Shown: positions 56,401 through 62,177 of the stretch, in pieces | Position numbering within the stretch: position 1 is the stretch's first letter | How the letters are laid out: every line of letters begins with the position of its first letter | NCBI RefSeq assembly: GCF_001186125.1 | Contig: NW_014040488.1 | Location: 63,609 to 125,785 of the forward strand | DNA length: 62,177 nucleotides | DNA from: Sphaeroforma arctica JP610 | Taxonomy: Eukaryota | Direction of reading: 5' to 3' | The notes under the pieces: generated by a model | What the model was told of the DNA's origin: nothing | The model's input: the letters and a program-made list of their open reading frames with translations, nothing else | Databases searched by the model: none | Translations under genes and position numbers: made by a program

Positions 56401-59400
56401 TCTACTTACTTGCTTCCTTTAATATCCAATCCATCATACACTCTCACACACATCTACACTACTTACTTGCTTCCCTTTATATCCAATCCATCGGTACCTG
56501 GCATTCTCGCAGGCACCATATGACTGCCATAGAACGCAGACACAAGCACAGGCAACACGTTGTCGCTTTTGGCACTGGTCTTCCAACTCGTCAGAAATGC
56601 GTATCTCAGCGCCTCCTCTGCACTCATCGGTGCTGCGTCGTCTCTGTGTGTGTTTCTTTCGGTCTGTGTTGCTGTGTGCGTGTCTTCAGTGTGTTCATCC
56701 GTTTGAGCGTGTGAGTCTGTGGTTCCGTGCGTAGGTTGTGAGCTGTTGTCAGCGGTGGTCTGTACAGCCGCGCCCGTGTCGTCTGTGTCGCTGTGTGCGG
56801 AGGTCTCTTCGTTTTCGGACGATCTGACATTTTTTTGTGCAGAGACGAACGTCAATGCTATCATTGAACAGCGAAAAACCCTAAACCCGCCCCCGCATTC
56901 ACCCATCCGAATGTAAGACAGAAACCATACACACAACATCATTAGGCACTACTCACAAACAAGCATGCAACGCAGCAAACATACACAGTCCCTTCATACA
57001 ACCCCGTACTCACTCATCCGTAAGTAAAACAGCAACCATACACGCAACATCATATGGCTCTATACACAAACAAGCACGCAACGCAGCAAACATACACAGT
57101 CCCTTCATACACCCCCGTACTCACCCATCCGTAAGTAAAACAGCAACCATACAAGCAACATCATATGGCACAATACACAAACAAGCACGCAACGCAGCAA
57201 ACATATACAGTCCCTTCATACACCCCCGTACTCACCCATCGGCCGAGGTCCACATGGTTTGCTCGCGCTGGATGGTTGAAGGCGGTTGTGTCTTTGGGCC
57301 AAACTCCCACAGGTAATCTGTGACATAGTGCAGAATCGCCACTCCCTTGCCGTTCATGCCATCGAATTTGATGTCGCGGTTGCTTTTCAGCATCTTACCT
57401 ACCTGGATGTTCAAAGGAGGCGAAGGTACAACGGATGAGAATATCATAGACGGCAGATAAATANNNNNNNNNNNNNNNNNNNNNNNNNNNNNNNNNNNNN
57501 NNNNNNNNTATCAAGCATACACAGTTAACTGACACCAATCCTTCTCAGCCATGGACACTTGACTAAATGCAATCCTTCTCAACTACGTGCATAGAGCTGC
57601 CTTGTGTGTGGAGAACACTCGCAGTGTGCGGTGTAAATGATATTTCGCGTTGATCCCAGTGAGTGTGTCAACCGATAATCAGACTATGGTCTTCGTTTCA
57701 TGAACACAACAGTTTGTCACAGCATTGCAAGATTTCAGGACGAAAGCAGCACAGAGTGAGCAGCATCACTTTCGCTCATAGTTGTCACGTGACGATGACA
57801 TGGGTTTTCAGGATGTCCTTGTCGTGGCTAGGTCACAAATGATACAGATATGGTTCTATGCGCTATAAGTGGTGGAGATATGGTTCTATGCAGCTCCTGG
57901 GGCGAAGGCGTCACGTCAGTGTGTTCAAAAAAATCACATAAGTACTTTCACAAATCAAGTGGTTAACATGCACAGAATTGCGCGTATGTGCGCTTGTGAG
58001 CATTTCCAGATATTAATATACAACTCGCATCGAATGACCTGGTGGACGCATACTCACAGCGATGTCGCGGATTTCAACGATAGCATTGGACTCGTGCGCG
58101 TGTATACATACACGCCCTGCACGTACCATTCGTGTAGTTGTAACACGCTCTTAAACATCGATCATCCCAGAATGCATGTCTGATACTTCTATCCCATAAT
58201 CTCTATTGTAAGATGCGCATACGCGCACATACGGCCCATTCCAGATCGTTTTCGGAATTAGGCCATGAGTGCACTACGGATACACACGAACAGAGCATAC
58301 ATCAACACAGACACAGCCACACCAGAACAAAGAACATCCACCATCCAGTTGTACCGAACTTACCGCAAACGCCCCGAATGCAGAGGTTATGCAGTCATTG
58401 ACCGCAACTGGCTCACCCACAGTAAGCGGTGGCAAACAGTGCACGTTGTCACTCGGCACAGCCACACCCGGCAGCATCAGGTCTGCACCACCCAGGATCT
58501 TCTTAGCGACAAAGGAGTTTGTACTGAGAGACGGCACACACGACGGGAGCAGCCACAGGGCATAGACGGTGGGGAGGAGTGGCCCGTCTTTGGTGCTGAA
58601 GAACAGTGGCACCTGCAGGCGAGAGAAGCTGTGACTATGAGACTGTGCGTGGGTCGAGGGTGTGGCAATGGGGGAGAGTAAGGGGCGGGAGGGAGTGATG
58701 TATTGTGGGCCTTTTCTGTCTATCGAGTGGGTCATCTTGAGGTCACCTCGGCGAAGAGCATAGTCTTAGCATAGATGTTGCTAGGGTGAACAGCCCAGTT
58801 AGCAACCCGATTTTACGACGTTCTGTGATCACCATGTCGACTCACAAACCACCCGAACTTACAAATCGAACGGATTCAGTTATTCAAGGCTAAGCTTTTA
58901 TAGACACCAAGCACACGGAACGGCTATGGGACTTGCGGCAGGACAACCAGACACATGCATCGGAGTATTATTTGACCATAGCATCACACATCGATTCATC
59001 TGGGCCTTTTGACATCCAACGAAACTCACAACCAACTCCATAGCACGTGGCCTCCTGCTGTGAACAATACGCGTCCACAAATAAATAACAAGGGCTACAC
59101 GTGTAAAACAAATGGACTAGCATATAAGCGACGGATACGTTGGTGGTGACATACTGAGTTGACCACATAGCACAGCACTATGCCGTCTGCGCTGGTCTGC
59201 AGTTTGGCTAGGCGCACCTCTCCCTTGACAGGGACCACAGAATCCAGCTGCTCAGTGGTGACGGAGGGAAACGCCTGCAGCACATTGGCACGTAGTTTGC
59301 GACATTCACTCGTTCTGTAACGAGATGGGAGACGAAAGTTCATATAATCTGGAGATCAGTACAAAGAAGGGGTGCTTATTGGGAACACAGATATACAGGT

Positions 59401-59877
59401 GGTATGCAGCGATAGGGCGAGCCACACGAAAGTTGAGGAAGGGTGCATAGGTAAGCACTCTGGATCTTTATAGACATTAAAAGTTACGAGATATTAAGAG
59501 ATACTCGCAATAGAGTCTGTAGAAGTACTTTAGAAGTATATGACACGCACGCATGCACCTATTGACGACCCCCACAATGGCACCAAAAACTCAACGATAC
59601 AACGGTAAACAGTATCAGGTATAATGTGATTCACAGAGAAGCTATGAATGCATTACTAATGTACAAAGATCACGGCAGTAAGTATTGCATTCACTTTAGT
59701 TGAACGTATCAGATGCACGGTAGCTCATGACTGTACTAGGGTTATTCCAAACTCAGTAATATATGTATTAAATATTCAAAACAGGTCTAAACATTACACA
59801 ACACGCCCCTCTATGTACGAACTATACACATACTTGATTGCCGAGTTGGTTTTTACGTGGAATGGCTTCCTGAACAT
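48122..59877 (-). CDS. EIF2D: Eukaryotic translation initiation factor 2D (ligatin): pre-PUA/PUA, SWIB-like and SUI1 regions, ~13 exons
   Basis: [15 protein letters not shown] (59877-59834); SECRKLR (59314-59155); [22 protein letters not shown] (58612-58364); [47 protein letters not shown]; ends KGKKKK* at 48122. Confidence 0.93.
49300..49820. repeat. Intronic ~52-bp TG/TA-rich minisatellite
   Basis: Tandem copies of TTATGATGTGTATGTATGTGTTTGTTTTGTGACGTGTATGTATATATTCTCGC. Confidence 0.85.
51510..52630. repeat. Intronic 19-bp minisatellite (TATACAAACACTTCAACYA) spanning an assembly gap
   Basis: The same unit occurs on both sides of the N run. Confidence 0.9.
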
Positions 59878-60540
59878 TACGTGTCCCTATCGATGCACAC
59901 CACGGATAAGGGAAGGCAATGCGGCTGGGCAACTGCTTGTGGGTGTGGTCTCGTTGGTTAATGTGTGAATGGAATATGCAACTACTTGTTATTATAGAAA
60001 AATAACTTATTAGATACATACACTACACTACGTAAGTAAGTAACCATGTTAATATACACGTTAATTAAGTCCAATTTATATATCTTTACTATAAAAATAC
60101 ATGAACCCTACAATCGCACCATAGTGTATTTGCCAGCTAAACTCTTAACAAGCACACGAAATCCGAATCAGCCGCCAAAACCGTTTAGCTATATTTGGTG
60201 TATGTGCGTCACCAAAAATCGCTACCCACCCAATCGTTTTGTTGGGGTGCGCGGGTAGTCTCAAGGGATAGGCGGCTACAGAGGCATCAAGGTTAATAAT
60301 ATTTAGATGCAGGCGTATCTACGGGTATTAAAAATTGTCAGATGTATGCAAGGAAATAAGTAATATTGTCCTTTGCATGCTCTACAGTGGAATAAATAAA
60401 CACAATAGAAGCTACTACGTCGTAGGATACACTGCGGTATGTTGGGGTGTTTATCTTGATCCAGTGACCTCCTATGTTTGTTTCACCATGCTGTTTCCGT
60501 ATTTGTGTTTTATAATTAAATACTACAAACACTCTCTTGA

Positions 60541-61228
60541 ATGCCCATAGTTGATATCATAATGATCGTCGAAACAATTGACAAGAAACGGTTCTTCATT
60601 GATAAAGACCAGGTATCTCTGTTGGGTGCTGTGCTACAGCGGGGGAGTGCTGAAACTGCCAACCAAGAAGGGGAAGTTGTAAACATACCTGTCGCATCCA
60701 GTACAATTGATGTCTTATTGCATCCAGATTAATTCACTCATGATCTAGACTACCTGGAGGCAGAGCTCCCCCATACCACCGGATATGACTACGATTTGAT
60801 ATTTTATGATGTTGTGTATACACCGTGTGAGGATTTCCTTCGTGGGATATGCTGGAAAGGTCATTTCACGTATGAGCCTACAGTAGACGAAAGGGAGAAA
60901 CATATATACTGGGAAATCGAAGGCATACCCCGTGAGGGTGCTATACGTCCTCCGCGTTTATATGACTTTGATAAATTCCGTGTCCATATCAGTCAAGAAG
61001 TCCGACACAACGGTTTTGCTACCGCTCATAGTCGTGTACGACTCGCATGTTGCACTGCTAAGTGCTGGCGCCAATCATCAATGGTTTGGACTGATCTGCC
61101 TCGCATTGAGTGGGTATTGCGGCGATAAGATTTATACTCGCAAATTTGAGGCGACACTTCCAACTGAGCTAGAGGCCAAAGGAATTAAGGTGCTTAGCAT
61201 GACTGAGAAGGACGAGCAGGAAGAGTAG
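60541..61228 (+). pseudogene. Intronless disrupted ORF with a SKP1/BTB-like N-terminus
   Basis: IVETIDKKRFFIDK...VVNIPVASSTIDVLL resembles the start of a SKP1/BTB fold. In-frame TAA at 60730-60732 and a frameshift near 61000. Confidence 0.3.
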
Positions 61229-62114
61229 CAATCTTTAAAAGTAGAGACGCGCAGAAGAATCGCGCAAGCAGATAAATTCTCGATCGGAAGGCATGCTACC
61301 TCGGAAACTGATTATTGATGATCAGTGAATATTATATATTTATATACCAGACTTTCGGCATAAACTTGTATTAATATAAATACCATGAATAATTGGCAGC
61401 CGATAAATTATACATTTAGGGGATATCAGTGCGTATTGTTGTACGAACCTATGAGAATGAAGCATTTGCTTCCATTTTATCGTATTTCCGTTTACTATGA
61501 CGTTAAGCATCCGCTACTCACTTGCCTGAATACTGAATACGACTATGTTTCGTATCTGATTCCAATCGGTGTGCGGCCTACTCCGTATGCGTGTTATAGG
61601 CTGCCTTGCGCGTGCGCACGACATATTGGGTGGGGTATTGCTGGTGCATTTGCACCTGTACATCGCGTGTGTTGCCCAAATAAATACATGCATCAATCAT
61701 CGAAGATACTGTGGTTTCATGAGCAGCGCATGGACTGGCAGTGTGGTGGTTGTGTCTGCTCTCTCGCGCTAGAGGTGACACTACACTTTGAGGAAGTCGT
61801 CGCCGGTGGCCCTGTAAAAAGAATCTCAGAACTAAGGGCTCTTGTCGATGCGATTGGGGAACAGGGGACTTCGCGACTTCTCTTAGCCATCCTGAAGCTA
61901 TTCCTATTCTGGCCGACTGAATCAGATGTGTCATTACATTTTCGACGCACTTGGTCCTCATTGTGTTCATCGACTTCTGTATACTACTTGAATAGTGGAT
62001 GCGCAGAGCACGTCTGGTCCGATGACATAATACACAGTTTTTCAAATAAAATCTGTGCATGCTTGTAGAATCACCGATTTCGTGATGCTCACACTCTCGA
62101 TCACTATTAGCAAA

Positions 62115-62145
<31 letters not shown>

Positions 62146-62177
62146 CTATACTATACAGAAACCAATGATATACATAT

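Noticed and set aside
61385..62068. 227-aa + strand ORF near the window end
   Set aside because: No recognisable domain, and overlapping ORFs on both strands give no support for one frame.

Overview
Eukaryotic genomic scaffold: intron-rich genes, (TA)n/(CA)n microsatellites, many intronic minisatellites and several N gaps. The style suggests a unicellular opisthokont, possibly an ichthyosporean, but that is inference. The left ~23.5 kb is a transposon graveyard: nested Ty3/Gypsy-type LTR elements of one family (four ~0.9 kb LTR copies), a decayed DDE transposase-like gene, and two further degenerate Gypsy families. The right ~38 kb holds host genes that I reconstructed by hand from GT-AG exons: a calmodulin/myosin-light-chain-like EF-hand gene, a rhomboid protease, an intronless GT71 mannosyltransferase, a two-DysF-domain protein and eIF2D. 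The main finding is that two divergent integrase-encoding Gypsy elements each carry a Dam-like N6-adenine DNA methyltransferase domain between RNase H and integrase (IDLFA...NPP[W] in the better-preserved copy), a domain best known from DIRS elements. Other findings: Tf1-like self-priming structures in place of tRNA primer sites, a conserved in-frame UGA-CUG-CAU-GGU junction upstream of gag, and telomere-like repeats inserted at apparent break-repair sites. All domain calls come from manual translation and motif recognition; no searches were run.
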